Positions 29,735 to 39,964 of a stretch of 64,000 bases of DNA are shown piece after piece. Within the stretch, counting starts at the first letter, position 1; every line of letters begins with the position of its first letter. Below the pieces are notes generated by a model. It had not been told where the DNA came from. It saw nothing but the letters and a program-made list of their open reading frames with translations, and did not search any database. Position numbers and translations under genes: made by a program. This DNA comes from Candidatus Melainabacteria bacterium 17Bon1m (GTDB lineage: Bacteria; Cyanobacteriota; Vampirovibrionia; Obscuribacterales; Obscuribacteraceae), in the NCBI GenBank assembly GCA_032128875.1, contig JAVLKG010000011.1:32001-96000 (forward strand), in the 5' to 3' direction.

Positions 29735-31795
29735 TTAGCCTTCTATTTGAAAGCACTGAATTCGGCGATTGCCTTTGTCGGCGATGTATATAGTGTTGCT
29801 TTCCGTATCGATGCTTACGTCTGATGGCGCCAGCAACTGTCCATCTTCTGAGCCCTTTTGACCAATGATGTAGAGAAAATCTCCAGTCGGACTGAATACT
29901 TGCACCCTGTGATTGAGCGAATCCAGGACATATATTTTGTCGTTTTGGTCGACTGCTACTGCGCGCGGAACATTGAATTGTCCAGGCGCGGAGCCCTTTT
30001 CACCAAAACAGCGTACAAGAACGCCGGCTTTGTTGAAGACGCTGACGCGAGAAAGTCCATAATCGACACAGTAAATCTGATTGAGCCTGTCCACAGCAAG
30101 TCCGCACGGCAACTGCATCTGTCCGGGGAGGTTTCCTTTCGAGCCGAGCTTTCTCAACCACGTGCCCATATCCGCCTGGAAGACTTGAATGCAGCCGTTG
30201 ACTGCGTCCGCTGCATAAATGATGCCGGTAGAGTCAATGGTAACTCCGGTCAAGCCGGACTCGTTTCCATGCACGTTTTTGAAATCTCGAGTGAATACGC
30301 CGGATGCATCGAAGACACGGATGAAGTGGTCGTTCGCATCAGTGACATAAATGCGGCCTCTGCCGTCGAATGCAAGCCCTGAAGGTTTGGTGACACTGCC
30401 ACCGCGTGTGGCTGAGTTTTTCGCGTCTGGTAATTGAGCCAAATCACCTGACCAGCGCCCTTCTTTGGAGAAGACCGAAAGCTTACGCGAGCCTACGTCG
30501 GCAACTACCAAACGACCAGACCAGAAGGCCAGGTGCGCCGGATCCGTGAATGGAATTTGCTCTTTTCCGCGGGTTGTAATCGAACGAATGAATTTGCCTT
30601 TTGTCGTGGACGCGCCTGAGAGTGAGCGCGATGCAGGAGATGCATAGGACTCTGTCTGGCGTTTGGGATCGAACGAACTTCCTGGTGCATTGACCGAGCG
30701 AAATTCTGATGACGTGCCCCAAGAGCTCGCAGAAGACGAGGACGGTGAATGCTGGCCGTCAGATATCTCCGGATAGTTGATCGCTTGAGGCGAGGGCTGA
30801 AAAGGCTGCATTGCAGGGTTTGCAGAAGTCTCCGCGGCAGATAGGTTAGACCTGTGAAAAGGGGGGTCCTCGTAGCCTGGCGGTCTGTAATTGGCCGGAA
30901 GTGCATCGAGATTTTCGGCGGTTTTTTGTCCGACACTCAAATTGCGCTGTGATGAGCCCGTTTTATCACTAAGGCTCGATGCGAAGTCGCGCGCGAAATC
31001 TTTGATGCTGCGATAGCGTTCGCGTGCTCTTTTGCGCATTGCTTTGGCAACGCACGCTGAAGTTTCTACACCAATGCCCGGGTTGTGAATATGCAGCGGC
31101 TTCTCTTCTTTAGAAACGATTTTGACGATGGTGGCGGCAATACCTTCGCCGGAAAATGGAATTTGCTTTGACAGCGCTTCATAGCTGACAACGCCGAGTG
31201 AAAAAATATCGGCGCGATGGTCGACGTTTTTAGCGTCTTGTAATTGTTCGGGAGAAACATATGCCAGCGTTCCCAGCATGACGCCGGTTTTTGTCAGTTT
31301 GGTCTCCTCGAAGTCCACTGCGCGTGCAATTCCGAAGTCGGTAATTTTGACGCGTCCATCCTTCAATATAAATATGTTGTCGGGCTTCACGTCGCGATGC
31401 ACTACATTCATCGTGTGCGCGAAGTCCAGACCTTCGGAGACCTGGCTCAGCAAGGGCCAGAACTCCTGTGGCGTCATCGGCTCTTTGCGCGCCTCTAGCT
31501 CACTCTTGAGGCTGTGCCCCTCGAGAAATTCCATCACATAGTAATACTTGCCTTCTTCCACTTCGACATCGAAAACCTCGACGATATTCTTGTGGCTCAA
31601 GCGCTTAATAGTGACTGCTTCTCGTCTGAATCGGTCGCGAAACTCCCGCATTTTTTCAGGAGAGATGTTTTCCATGACCAATTGTTTGATCGCGACAAGG
31701 CGATTTTCTTTTGGGTCGTAAGCCTGATAGACGATGCCCATCCCCCCGCGACCTATTTCGGAGAGGATTTTGTATCGGCCGAAGTCCGGCGTCAT
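29735..31795 (-). CDS. Ser/Thr protein kinase with C-terminal NHL-repeat propeller
   Basis: GRGGMG, VAIK, HRDVKPDN, DFG; NHL repeats (GQFNVPRAVAVD...NHRVQVF). Confidence 0.95.
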   Translation of the reverse strand: MTPDFGRYKILSEIGRGGMGIVYQAYDPKENRLVAIKQLVMENISPEKMREFRDRFRREAVTIKRLSHKNIVEVFDVEVEEGKYYYVMEFLEGHSLKSELEARKEPMTPQEFWPLLSQVSEGLDFAHTMNVVHRDVKPDNIFILKDGRVKITDFGIARAVDFEETKLTKTGVMLGTLAYVSPEQLQDAKNVDHRADIFSLGVVSYEALSKQIPFSGEGIAATIVKIVSKEEKPLHIHNPGIGVETSACVAKAMRKRARERYRSIKDFARDFASSLSDKTGSSQRNLSVGQKTAENLDALPANYRPPGYEDPPFHRSNLSAAETSANPAMQPFQPSPQAINYPEISDGQHSPSSSSASSWGTSSEFRSVNAPGSSFDPKRQTESYASPASRSLSGASTTKGKFIRSITTRGKEQIPFTDPAHLAFWSGRLVVADVGSRKLSVFSKEGRWSGDLAQLPDAKNSATRGGSVTKPSGLAFDGRGRIYVTDANDHFIRVFDASGVFTRDFKNVHGNESGLTGVTIDSTGIIYAADAVNGCIQVFQADMGTWLRKLGSKGNLPGQMQLPCGLAVDRLNQIYCVDYGLSRVSVFNKAGVLVRCFGEKGSAPGQFNVPRAVAVDQNDKIYVLDSLNHRVQVFSPTGDFLYIIGQKGSEDGQLLAPSDVSIDTESNTIYIADKGNRRIQCFQIEG

Positions 31796-31805
31796 TTACG
31801 CGTCC

Positions 31806-32261
31806 CTACTCAACAGAGAAAACCATTTCGGTTTTGCCGAAGGTCAACTTATCGCCAGGGAAGATTTGCTTGCGCTCCTGAAGCACTTCGCCGTTGAGCA
31901 GCGTGCCGTTTGTAGAGCCTAGATCTTCCACCCAATAACCACCTTGCATCTGCAAGACCCAGGCGTGGTGCCGGGAAACGTAGTGATCGGTAGTTATGGA
32001 AATGTTGTTTGTCTGATCGCGTCCAATCTTGCTGACCGATTGAGTCAGAGGATATTTTTCTGATGTCAATTTGGCAATTAGAAACGCCGGACGCGACGTG
32101 CGGCCATCTTTGCGGGCTGGTACCGCATAAAGGTCTTGTTGCGAACGGGAAGCTCCGCCAAAGCCGCCCTGAACCTCAGAGCTGACGCCGCAGACGGTAC
32201 ATGTTCCGTCTGGGCTAACTACACCGCCGCATCTCGTGCACTCAGTTGTGCTTTTGGACAT
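31806..32261 (-). CDS. FHA-domain protein with N-terminal Zn ribbon
   Basis: CTRC...CTVC; IGR, VSRHHA, DLGSTNGT. Confidence 0.93.
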   Translation of the reverse strand: MSKSTTECTRCGGVVSPDGTCTVCGVSSEVQGGFGGASRSQQDLYAVPARKDGRTSRPAFLIAKLTSEKYPLTQSVSKIGRDQTNNISITTDHYVSRHHAWVLQMQGGYWVEDLGSTNGTLLNGEVLQERKQIFPGDKLTFGKTEMVFSVE

Positions 32262-32269
32262 AGACCGCT

Positions 32270-33037
32270 TTATTTGCTTCCGTTGTCGGACGCTTCGTCA
32301 AGATACTGAATTACTACCACGGTTACATTGTCCGGGGCTCCACCGTCAAGAGTAAGCTTAACAAGGTCTTCGCAGACTTGTTCAGGCTCCTCGTGCTCGG
32401 CGCAGACTTCTCCAATTTGCTCATCTCTCAAAACTGTCGGCAATCCGTCTGAACAGAGCACTACCCAGTCTCTCGCTTTGAGCTCGACCGGTGTATGGTC
32501 GATTTCTACGCGCTCTTCATGCCCGAGACAGCGCGTGATTAAGTTTTTGTAAGGATTGATTCTGGCCTGCTCTTCGGTCAAGCGTCCGGCTCTCACCATT
32601 TCTTGTACGACCGAGTGGTCGTTGGTGAGAAGGACAGGTTTGCCTTCTCTGAGCAGATAAGCACGGGAGTCGCCAACGTGGGCGATTTCCAGAGCTTCTT
32701 CCGACTGGACGCCGACCACGATGGTCGTGCCCATGCCTCTAACCGAGGCGTCTTCTTCAGCTTGTTGCCAAACTGACTGATTCGCCAGATTTACGGTTTC
32801 GAGTAACCACTTCTGAATTTCGGAGCGTCCAATCGAGGGAGGAGGATTATCAGTCCACTGCTTCTCTACCGCTTCCACTGCCAATTTACTGGCTTTTGCT
32901 CCGCCTACTGCGCCGCCCATACCATCGGCAACCGCGAACACACGTAGGTCCGGGCTCACGTAGTAATTATCTTCGTTCCTTTGCCGTTGGCAACCGGCAT
33001 CAGTCCGCGCAGCCGCACGCCATTTGAGCTTCGTCAA
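32270..33037 (-). CDS. PP2C-family Ser/Thr phosphatase (Stp1/PrpC-like)
   Basis: RNED, VADGMGG, HVGDSRAY, LCSDGL, DNVT. Confidence 0.96.
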   Translation of the reverse strand: MTKLKWRAAARTDAGCQRQRNEDNYYVSPDLRVFAVADGMGGAVGGAKASKLAVEAVEKQWTDNPPPSIGRSEIQKWLLETVNLANQSVWQQAEEDASVRGMGTTIVVGVQSEEALEIAHVGDSRAYLLREGKPVLLTNDHSVVQEMVRAGRLTEEQARINPYKNLITRCLGHEERVEIDHTPVELKARDWVVLCSDGLPTVLRDEQIGEVCAEHEEPEQVCEDLVKLTLDGGAPDNVTVVVIQYLDEASDNGSK

Positions 33038-35088
33038 TCTCCGCTGCCCCCTTGAGAATCCGGCTTGTCTAACCGTGTTATCAAGCTAACCGGTGTCACT
33101 AAATGCCACATTATAAGTGCCACCATTACACCATTTCCAATCAAGAAATAGGGGGCTAATGGCCTAATTTCAGCAAACTGTATTGACCCGATATACGCAA
33201 GGTCAAAAACACAAAGAGCTGCTGACAAAAGGCTTAAGCCAAGCCGTTTGCGCTTATTAGCGGACAAAGTGGTTTCCAGTAGCTGCAGGCGATGGTTCAC
33301 GTTGGCAACCTGCCCTTTCAACTGAAGATTGGCTGCCTGTGCCTCTTTTATGCTCGCCTCCAAAGCTTTTTCTGTGCCACTATTGGTAATGCGAGAGCCC
33401 TTCTTTAGTGCGTTTTGCCCAGCAATAGGCATCTCATGCGTGCCAGAAAGTTTGGAAAGTGACTCTTCAAGTAAAGTTACGTTTCCGCCGTAGAACAAAC
33501 GCAAAAGCGGAACGGCTTGTTGCGGGCGATTCATGATCCACTTCTTGAGAGCTGGCTTGGCAGCTTCGACAAAGCTGAAATTAGGCTGCAAAGTCCTGGC
33601 AATTCCTTCAATTGTCGATCCCGCTCTCAAAAGGTAGGCAAGCGATGGCGGCAAGCAAAGTGATCTGTCCAATGCAATTTGATCGATATCGTTTTCAAGA
33701 TCGGTAAAGTCCAAATCCTTCACTTCTCGACCGGCGTAATAATCGATAAACGGCTTGACCGCACGTTCTATCGGCAAAGAGTTGGCGCCTTCTTTGAGGA
33801 TGCCCAGCTTGCGCAAATTGGCGATCAAATCCTCTGTGTCTTTTTGAATGACCGCTGAAATACAGCCTGTTATCGAATGCCGCTGCTCGTCGGAGATTTC
33901 TCCGACCATGCCGAAGTCGTAGATGACAAGCCGACCCTCTTCGTCTACTGCCAGATTGCCCGCGTGCGGATCGGCGTGGAAAAATCCATGCATAAGCACT
34001 TGTTCGAGATAGCAAGTGACCAGTAATTTTCCAAGGCGCGGCAAATTGACGTTGCGTGCAAGGAGTTCTTTGACTCTGTCGATCTTCGTACCCGGCAAAT
34101 ATTCGAGAGTCAAAACTCGACGCCCTGTGTATTTCCAAAATACTCTCGGCACTCGAATGTCCGGATAATCCCTGAGCACTCGTCGCAGCCGGTCTGCGTT
34201 TCGTCCCTCTTGGATATAATTGACCTCAGCAAATAAGTTGCGCCCGAACTCATCGGCCAGCTCATACCAGCCGCCCCAGTCTGCGTGTTTTTTGAAGAGC
34301 CCGCTGCCGAGTCTGATGAGAAATCGCATGTAGCCGAGGTCTTGATAAAAGCGCTGGCGTAGAGCCGGACGCTGCACTTTGACCGCAACTTCGGTTCCGT
34401 CTTTCAAGCGTGCCCTGTGCACCTGTCCGACAGAGGCAGAGGCGATCGGCACCTCTTCGAAGTGGGCGAAAAGCTCATCAGGAGACGCACCCAGATCGCG
34501 CTTGATTGTCGTTTGTACCGTCTGGAAGTCGAACGGCGGCACCTGATCTTGCAAAAGCGACAGCTCATCGGCAATCTCTACAGGCAGCGCATCGCGACGC
34601 ACCGACAAAAATTGTCCGAGCTTGATATATGTTTCGCCCAGGCTGATGCACGTTTCCTTCAAGCGCACTGCTCGTGTTTTCTGACGAGCTTCTGATTCCT
34701 CAGGGGTCTTAGGTGGGTGCAACTTGTCCGAGATGCTTGCGTAAGTGAAGCTGAGCATCGTCTTGAGCATGCTCCAGAAGCGGGCATCCCCAATGAGATT
34801 GCCCACCTTTACCGAGCGATCGGCTTCAGCTGGATCGTATGGACTGAACGACTCGACTGACGAAGACTTTCTCGAAATCAGCGGAAATGGGCTGCCGTGA
34901 TATGCGCGTATTTCCGTGCTCGGTGTTCGCGGCACAGGGGAAGCGGCTTCGCTGGTTTTGGGTTTCTTGTCTTTGGAGCTCTTGGCGACAGAACTGTCCG
35001 CGTCTGCCTTCTTGCCTGATGCGCGGCCTGCCGGAGATTTAGCCGGTTTGTCGTCCGAGGATTCAAATGTATCTTCGGGCGGACTCAC
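33034..35088 (-). CDS. ABC1/UbiB family atypical kinase
   Basis: LGETYIKLGQ, ASASVGQVH, VAVKVQRP, FFHADPHAGN, DFGM. Confidence 0.95.
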   Translation of the reverse strand: MSPPEDTFESSDDKPAKSPAGRASGKKADADSSVAKSSKDKKPKTSEAASPVPRTPSTEIRAYHGSPFPLISRKSSSVESFSPYDPAEADRSVKVGNLIGDARFWSMLKTMLSFTYASISDKLHPPKTPEESEARQKTRAVRLKETCISLGETYIKLGQFLSVRRDALPVEIADELSLLQDQVPPFDFQTVQTTIKRDLGASPDELFAHFEEVPIASASVGQVHRARLKDGTEVAVKVQRPALRQRFYQDLGYMRFLIRLGSGLFKKHADWGGWYELADEFGRNLFAEVNYIQEGRNADRLRRVLRDYPDIRVPRVFWKYTGRRVLTLEYLPGTKIDRVKELLARNVNLPRLGKLLVTCYLEQVLMHGFFHADPHAGNLAVDEEGRLVIYDFGMVGEISDEQRHSITGCISAVIQKDTEDLIANLRKLGILKEGANSLPIERAVKPFIDYYAGREVKDLDFTDLENDIDQIALDRSLCLPPSLAYLLRAGSTIEGIARTLQPNFSFVEAAKPALKKWIMNRPQQAVPLLRLFYGGNVTLLEESLSKLSGTHEMPIAGQNALKKGSRITNSGTEKALEASIKEAQAANLQLKGQVANVNHRLQLLETTLSANKRKRLGLSLLSAALCVFDLAYIGSIQFAEIRPLAPYFLIGNGVMVALIMWHLVTPVSLITRLDKPDSQGGSGD

Positions 35089-35140
35089 ATTGCCTGTCCC
35101 CGGTGTCTTGAATAAAAGTGTTTATCGCTTGAGAAGCGTC

Positions 35141-35491
35141 TTAGACACTGACTTTCATGGACTTGAGTTCGGAAATCTCAGCGCGCAGCGTGGCGATTTC
35201 TGCTCTCAATTCGTTGATTTCGGTGGTGTCGCCCAGGGCGCCCAGCGAGAAATCTGCGACTTGTCTGCGGATGCGCTCGCGCACCTGGCTTTCCAAAACT
35301 TCTGAACGTTGCCAAACGTTTTGCGAAATCTCGCTTGCAACTTCTTTGGCGCGATCTTTGTACTCATGTACGCGATCCGAGCCAGTCGACTTGTATTCGC
35401 CTGCCTTAGCGGTCAAGGAGTCCAGTGCGTCCTCGACTCGTTCGCGAGCAACCTCGAAGGCGGCTCTGCCCAGGAAAAACAATTTGATCAT
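35141..35491 (-). CDS. Phasin-like coiled-coil protein
   Basis: Amphipathic helix ending EINELRAEIATLRAEISEL; sits directly upstream of the ABC1 kinase. Confidence 0.65.
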   Translation of the reverse strand: MIKLFFLGRAAFEVARERVEDALDSLTAKAGEYKSTGSDRVHEYKDRAKEVASEISQNVWQRSEVLESQVRERIRRQVADFSLGALGDTTEINELRAEIATLRAEISELKSMKVSV

Positions 35492-35914
35492 TGGACGCAA
35501 CACGTAACTAACCTCCAAGCTTCAGGACGAGCCCGCTTTCGTTGGGATACCGGGCCGACCGGTAAGAGTCGTAACTTTGCCGTATGGAGCGCGCTACGTC
35601 AAATTTGACGACGGCGCCAACTGGCATGTTTTGCCCAGACAAAACTATCGAGAAATTATACACTAGGGGCATCGCATAGATGCTTGATTTGCTGATTTCG
35701 TATAGCGATGCTAACAACTGTTGCAATACGCAGTAATTCGCAATATGTGGGAACTTTGAAGCGGAACTAGTCCGACGACGGTTGAGCACGTTGGGTTGAA
35801 AAGAAATCGGACCAGAAAACCTTCGACAAGTACGGTCATCTAGTAATGAGATTGAAAGTCAATCGCAGTAGAGTTTAGACACTGCAAAACGAAACAAAAA
35901 CGAAACTAGTTAAG

Positions 35915-36907
35915 GTGGCGAAAGTGGCACAAACAAAAACGAATGAGCGCACGACCGAAAAGAAGCCGTTGACGGCAAAAGCACAACCCGGTCGCAATGC
36001 CCGTCCGGTCTCTCTAATTTATGTACCTCTTCATCTGGGTGGCAGTCACCGCGGTGCCAGTATGGGACCGGCTGCCATGAAAGTCGCAGAACTGCCTGAG
36101 CGTATCAAGGCTCTCGGATTTGCAGTGGCAGAGGAAATCGACATTGAAGTCCCTCATTCTGTTTGCTGGTGGGACAACGAGACGCAAAGCAAGTGCGTGC
36201 CTGAAATCTATCAAGTCAGCGAAGCGGTCGCCGATGCCGTGGAAGCGGCGATGGAAGCAGGCAATCTGCCGATCACCATCGGTGGCGACCATAGTCTCGC
36301 TATCGGCAGTATCGCCGGAGCTGCGAGCTATTACCGCAAGCATGAAGAGACTTTTGGGCTGGTGTGGTTTGATGCGCATGGTGACATCAATACGCCTGAC
36401 ACTACTGCCAGTGGCAATGTGCACGGTATGCCTTTTGCTGTTTCGCTCGGATTGGGCGATGAAAAGCTTGTTAATTTGAAGGGTTTTAGCCCTAAAGTGC
36501 CGGCTAAGCGTTCGTCACTGATTGGTATCCGCGATGTCGATCCGCCTGAGCGCGACATGATCACTCAGACTGGTATCACAGCTTTCACAATGAAAGAAGT
36601 CGATCACCTTGGACTCGGTCGAGTTACGGATATGGCTCTGGGAGCTGTCGGCGCCGATGTAAACGGTATCCACGTTTCATTCGACATCGACGTGATCGAT
36701 CCTGATGTAGCACCTGGCGTAAGCACTGCCTCGCGTGGTGGTCTAAGCTACAGAGAAAGTCACCTTGCGTTGGAGCTTTTGGCTGAGTCGGACCTGGTGC
36801 GTTCAATAGATATAGTCGAACTCAATCCAGCATTCGATGTTCGCAATAAAACAGCAGAGTTGGCGGTGGAACTGATTCTATCGGCGCTCGGCAAGCGCAT
36901 TCTTTAG
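35915..36907 (+). CDS. rocF: Arginase
   Basis: GGDHS, WFDAHGDINTP, SGNVHGMP, SFDIDVIDP, VELNP. Confidence 0.95.
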   Translation: MAKVAQTKTNERTTEKKPLTAKAQPGRNARPVSLIYVPLHLGGSHRGASMGPAAMKVAELPERIKALGFAVAEEIDIEVPHSVCWWDNETQSKCVPEIYQVSEAVADAVEAAMEAGNLPITIGGDHSLAIGSIAGAASYYRKHEETFGLVWFDAHGDINTPDTTASGNVHGMPFAVSLGLGDEKLVNLKGFSPKVPAKRSSLIGIRDVDPPERDMITQTGITAFTMKEVDHLGLGRVTDMALGAVGADVNGIHVSFDIDVIDPDVAPGVSTASRGGLSYRESHLALELLAESDLVRSIDIVELNPAFDVRNKTAELAVELILSALGKRIL

Positions 36908-36934
36908 GGCTTGCGGTAGCTTCGATCTAAAGAA

Positions 36935-36964
36935 AAGAACTCACCGCAATTGCAGTGAGTTCTT
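36935..36964. terminator. Bidirectional terminator-like hairpin
   Basis: AAGAACTCAC-CGCAATTGCA-GTGAGTTCTT between convergent genes. Confidence 0.7.
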
Positions 36965-36987
36965 CTTATTGTTACTTATTTCAACGT

Positions 36988-37299
36988 CTAGTCGTTCATA
37001 TCTTTGTTGGTGACTTTCATTATTGAGCCATCGGTTGCGTTGATGTGGAAGTTCTTCGCTTCTTTGTCGCCGCGGATGCTGACGGACCAGTAAAGAGTAT
37101 GCGGCTTCTTGTGCATTCTTTCCAAGTCTGTGTCGGTGATTTTGCCGGACAACTGCTTGAGCGCGATTGCTTCTGCATCAGCTTTGCTCAGTTTGGCTGC
37201 TTGTCCTCTTTTGGCAGTATCGTCATCTGCGAATGCGCATGTGCCGAACGATGAGCCCATCAAAGCGACAGCGGCTGCCAGCACCAATAACTTTTTCAT
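36988..37299 (-). CDS. Secreted PepSY-domain protein
   Basis: Signal peptide MKKLLVLAAA...AFA; LSKADAEAIAL...GKI...INATDGSI. Confidence 0.8.
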   Translation of the reverse strand: MKKLLVLAAAVALMGSSFGTCAFADDDTAKRGQAAKLSKADAEAIALKQLSGKITDTDLERMHKKPHTLYWSVSIRGDKEAKNFHINATDGSIMKVTNKDMND

Positions 37300-37652
37300 T
37301 TCAAAAACCTCGTTCAGCGAAAACTTGAAGAGCAAGATCTTATTACAGCTGTCTATTTGAATGTCTGCTTGGAAACGTTCTTGGCTTCCGTATGAAGATT
37401 TTGATGAGTAGTTGTAAATCTCCAGTCCAAGGATTTTGGGGCAGGCGGGGTGTTTTGATCTAATTGCCCGGTCTGCAATTACAGCGCTTGGAAATTTTTA
37501 CTACCTGCCTAAGTTGGGGCTTGTCACTCTTTAATTTTGGTACTATACTTACGTATGTATTCGGGGACTTTCATGTTCCCAGGTATTCGATGGGGAACTG
37601 CCTGCGACTTTTCCCGCTTTTCAAAACTGGGGCGGCACTAGAGGGAGAAATT

Positions 37653-38315
37653 ATGGATTTAGACTGCTTGCCGCCACGGCAGCGCGACGTAATAAAGTCT
37701 ATCGTTGACTTGACTGAAGAGAATGGCTATCCGCCAACTCTTGCAGAATTGGCGAAGGCGCTTGGTTTGCGCAACCGGATGACGGTTCACCAGCACGTGG
37801 CTGCGCTGAAAAAGAAAGGATACGTCCACTGGGAGCCAGGTCTTAACCGATCTCTTCGAGTGGTTTCACATATGACCACATCGGTCGGCGGCAGAACCAC
37901 TGAGACCACAATTGAATACCAAGAGTCTTACGATGAGCCGCAAGGCATTCCTCTGGCAGGCACTATTGCTGCCGGTCAACCAATCGACGCGATTGATCCC
38001 GGCGAATATCTGGCAATGGACAATCAATACGCGGGCACCAATTGCTTTGCACTAAAAGTCAAAGGCAATTCAATGATAGAAGACGGCATCTGTGATGGCG
38101 ACTTCGTTATCATCAAGCCCAATCCGTCACCACGTAACGGTGAAATCGTTGTGGCACTTTTAGATGATGGTACGGCGACCTTGAAGCGCCTCTTCAAAGA
38201 GAAAGGCGGCTACCGTCTGCAACCGGCTAACAGCGAGCTTTCTCCCATCTTCATTGATGCGAAGGATGGCCTCACTGTTCAAGGCGTTGTCGTCGCACTT
38301 TTCCGGAAAATGTAG
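37653..38315 (+). CDS. lexA: SOS repressor LexA
   Basis: GYPPTLAELA wHTH, AAG cleavage site, GNSM Ser and TLKR Lys; ATG after GAGGGAG (ORF track opens at 37464). Confidence 0.95.
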   Translation: MDLDCLPPRQRDVIKSIVDLTEENGYPPTLAELAKALGLRNRMTVHQHVAALKKKGYVHWEPGLNRSLRVVSHMTTSVGGRTTETTIEYQESYDEPQGIPLAGTIAAGQPIDAIDPGEYLAMDNQYAGTNCFALKVKGNSMIEDGICDGDFVIIKPNPSPRNGEIVVALLDDGTATLKRLFKEKGGYRLQPANSELSPIFIDAKDGLTVQGVVVALFRKM

Positions 38316-39201
38316 ATTCTGATTGAATTCCGTCGGAATGTCGGCTTGATAGATGTGTTTTGACGTAGGATTCTACGTACGAAAACCCTTCGGACATATT
38401 TTGCGAAATTTTGCATTTTGAAGCCATTTCTGCAAATGGTTTCTCCCAAGACGTTGGTGGCGGTAGAAGTTTCTCTGAAAACTTGTGTGTATTACGGCGC
38501 TCAAATGTTTTTTCGGTTGCTTTGCGCAGCTTTTTAGGATCCATGCCATTTTTTATAAGCAAGATCATGTCTACAAGATCCTTGACTCGGGAGTTCTCCC
38601 GCAGGTCTGGTCTAGTGTAAATATGAACCTTTTCGGCAAAATGTTGCTCTTTTGAGATCAAGGGATATTCTGAGGTACTTATTCCAGCGAATTCGAGTAA
38701 CTGTTCTGGTTTACTGATCTCAATTGGCTTAATTAGTGGATCGCCGATCGCTATGTCTACATGAAACGTCGCAAATTCCTTGCCCGCAACTGACGATTTC
38801 GCTCTGAAACGGGCACCACCATAAGTGGCATCTACGTCTTTAATCGGACCGCTTATTTCAAATTCAAAATAGTCGTACATATCCAGTCTGGATGCCTTTA
38901 CTAATATTTCGCGCATGAATTCTATTTGTTCGCTTTGAGATTTTGAGTGCACGAGTTTACTCAAGAGTGTCAAATCGACATCTTTTGTTGTTCTAGCAAT
39001 TGGCAATCTCAACTCCATTGCGTAGCCGCCTTTGAGAAGGATCGTGTCTTTGTTTTGTGAGAATAAACGTTCTAGAAGTCTGTCAAAAGCTAATCGCCTT
39101 CTCAATCCCATCAAATCTCGCTTTTCACCGAAAGCTTTTGTTTGAAGCCTTGTTTCAAGCGCGGTTCGAAATGCATTTGCAGTCGCATATTTGTTCGACG
39201 T
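38272..39201 (-). CDS. AbiEii/AbiGii-family nucleotidyltransferase toxin (type IV TA)
   Basis: LKGG, RTTKDVD, AEK, RVKDLVD; the frame extends upstream of the called TTG (39114) through KYATANAFRTALETRL to an ACG at 39201. Confidence 0.88.
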   Translation of the reverse strand, partial: TSNKYATANAFRTALETRLQTKAFGEKRDLMGLRRRLAFDRLLERLFSQNKDTILLKGGYAMELRLPIARTTKDVDLTLLSKLVHSKSQSEQIEFMREILVKASRLDMYDYFEFEISGPIKDVDATYGGARFRAKSSVAGKEFATFHVDIAIGDPLIKPIEISKPEQLLEFAGISTSEYPLISKEQHFAEKVHIYTRPDLRENSRVKDLVDMILLIKNGMDPKKLRKATEKTFERRNTHKFSEKLLPPPTSWEKPFAEMASKCKISQNMSEGFSYVESYVKTHLSSRHSDGIQSESTFSGKVRRQRLEQ

Positions 39202-39202
39202 A

Positions 39203-39829
39203 TCAGAGTCCTCCGTACTTGGAAGCTAGCTTTTGAACTTGTTCTTTAGCCCATTCTGGACCACTAATTTCAGCATTTTCGAAATCAGCTCGAAGAGCAA
39301 GCCCTTTTTTGATTGACTGATTTATCGCATCAATAATCATGCTTCTGGGAAGCTTTTCTTCTGCAACGATGTCCACCAGTGTTTTTACTGGAGTGGTTAT
39401 TCGAATTTTTTGTTTGTGAAGGATATCTGTCTCTTTTAGATCTTCGTAGTGCAAATTCAGTATGTCTGGAATTTCTTGGCTTCTTCTAAAGCTCTTAGGC
39501 ACTGTTATGTGCAATTTATCAGGCATGTTGTCGGAGAGTTCATAGAAGTCTAGCGCTGTCTCATAGCTAAAAGTTGATTGCGGTTTTTCGTCGCGACCTC
39601 GCGACCAAAGTTGCCAGAGCATTAGTTCTGGCCTGTTTGTGAGGTATGGAAAATCGGTGAGTCTATAGATGCCTCTCCAGGCTTTTATCCAATCTCCGTT
39701 CTTTAGGTGGTAATTGTGCGTGGAATCTGCGAAGCCTGCTGCGATGGCTTGTTTTGTTGTGAAATATCCTTCTTGATCGGCTGCGATTTCATATAGAGCC
39801 TTAGCTGCTTGCTTTGTGCCGTCCATCAC
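39203..39829 (-). CDS. AbiEi-family antitoxin / transcriptional regulator (type IV TA)
   Basis: QEGYFTTKQA, RGIYRL, SYETAL, HITVP, ITTPVKTLVD. Confidence 0.9.
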   Translation of the reverse strand: MMDGTKQAAKALYEIAADQEGYFTTKQAIAAGFADSTHNYHLKNGDWIKAWRGIYRLTDFPYLTNRPELMLWQLWSRGRDEKPQSTFSYETALDFYELSDNMPDKLHITVPKSFRRSQEIPDILNLHYEDLKETDILHKQKIRITTPVKTLVDIVAEEKLPRSMIIDAINQSIKKGLALRADFENAEISGPEWAKEQVQKLASKYGGL

Positions 39830-39832
39830 AAA

Positions 39833-39900
39833 TCCTCAAAAAATTTGAGGAAATGTGTAATTCCTCAAAATTGTAAGGTAATTATACAATAGGTATAATT
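39833..39900. promoter_or_regulatory. Inverted repeats upstream of abiEi, putative autorepression operator
   Basis: TCCTCAAA-AAA-TTTGAGGA, TTTGAGGAA-N8-TTCCTCAAA and AATTATAC-N5-GTATAATT in an AT-rich promoter region. Confidence 0.55.
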
Positions 39901-39964
39901 GTTTGGTGTTTTGTGTAAGGACTGGAAACCTTGTGCTGGTTAGGTTTTGAGGCTCCTTGATTAG

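Noticed and set aside
37464-37652. N-terminal extension of LexA and an SOS box
   Set aside because: A strong RBS supports the 37653 start. Weak dyads (e.g. GGGACTTTCATGTTCCC) do not clearly fit a known LexA box.
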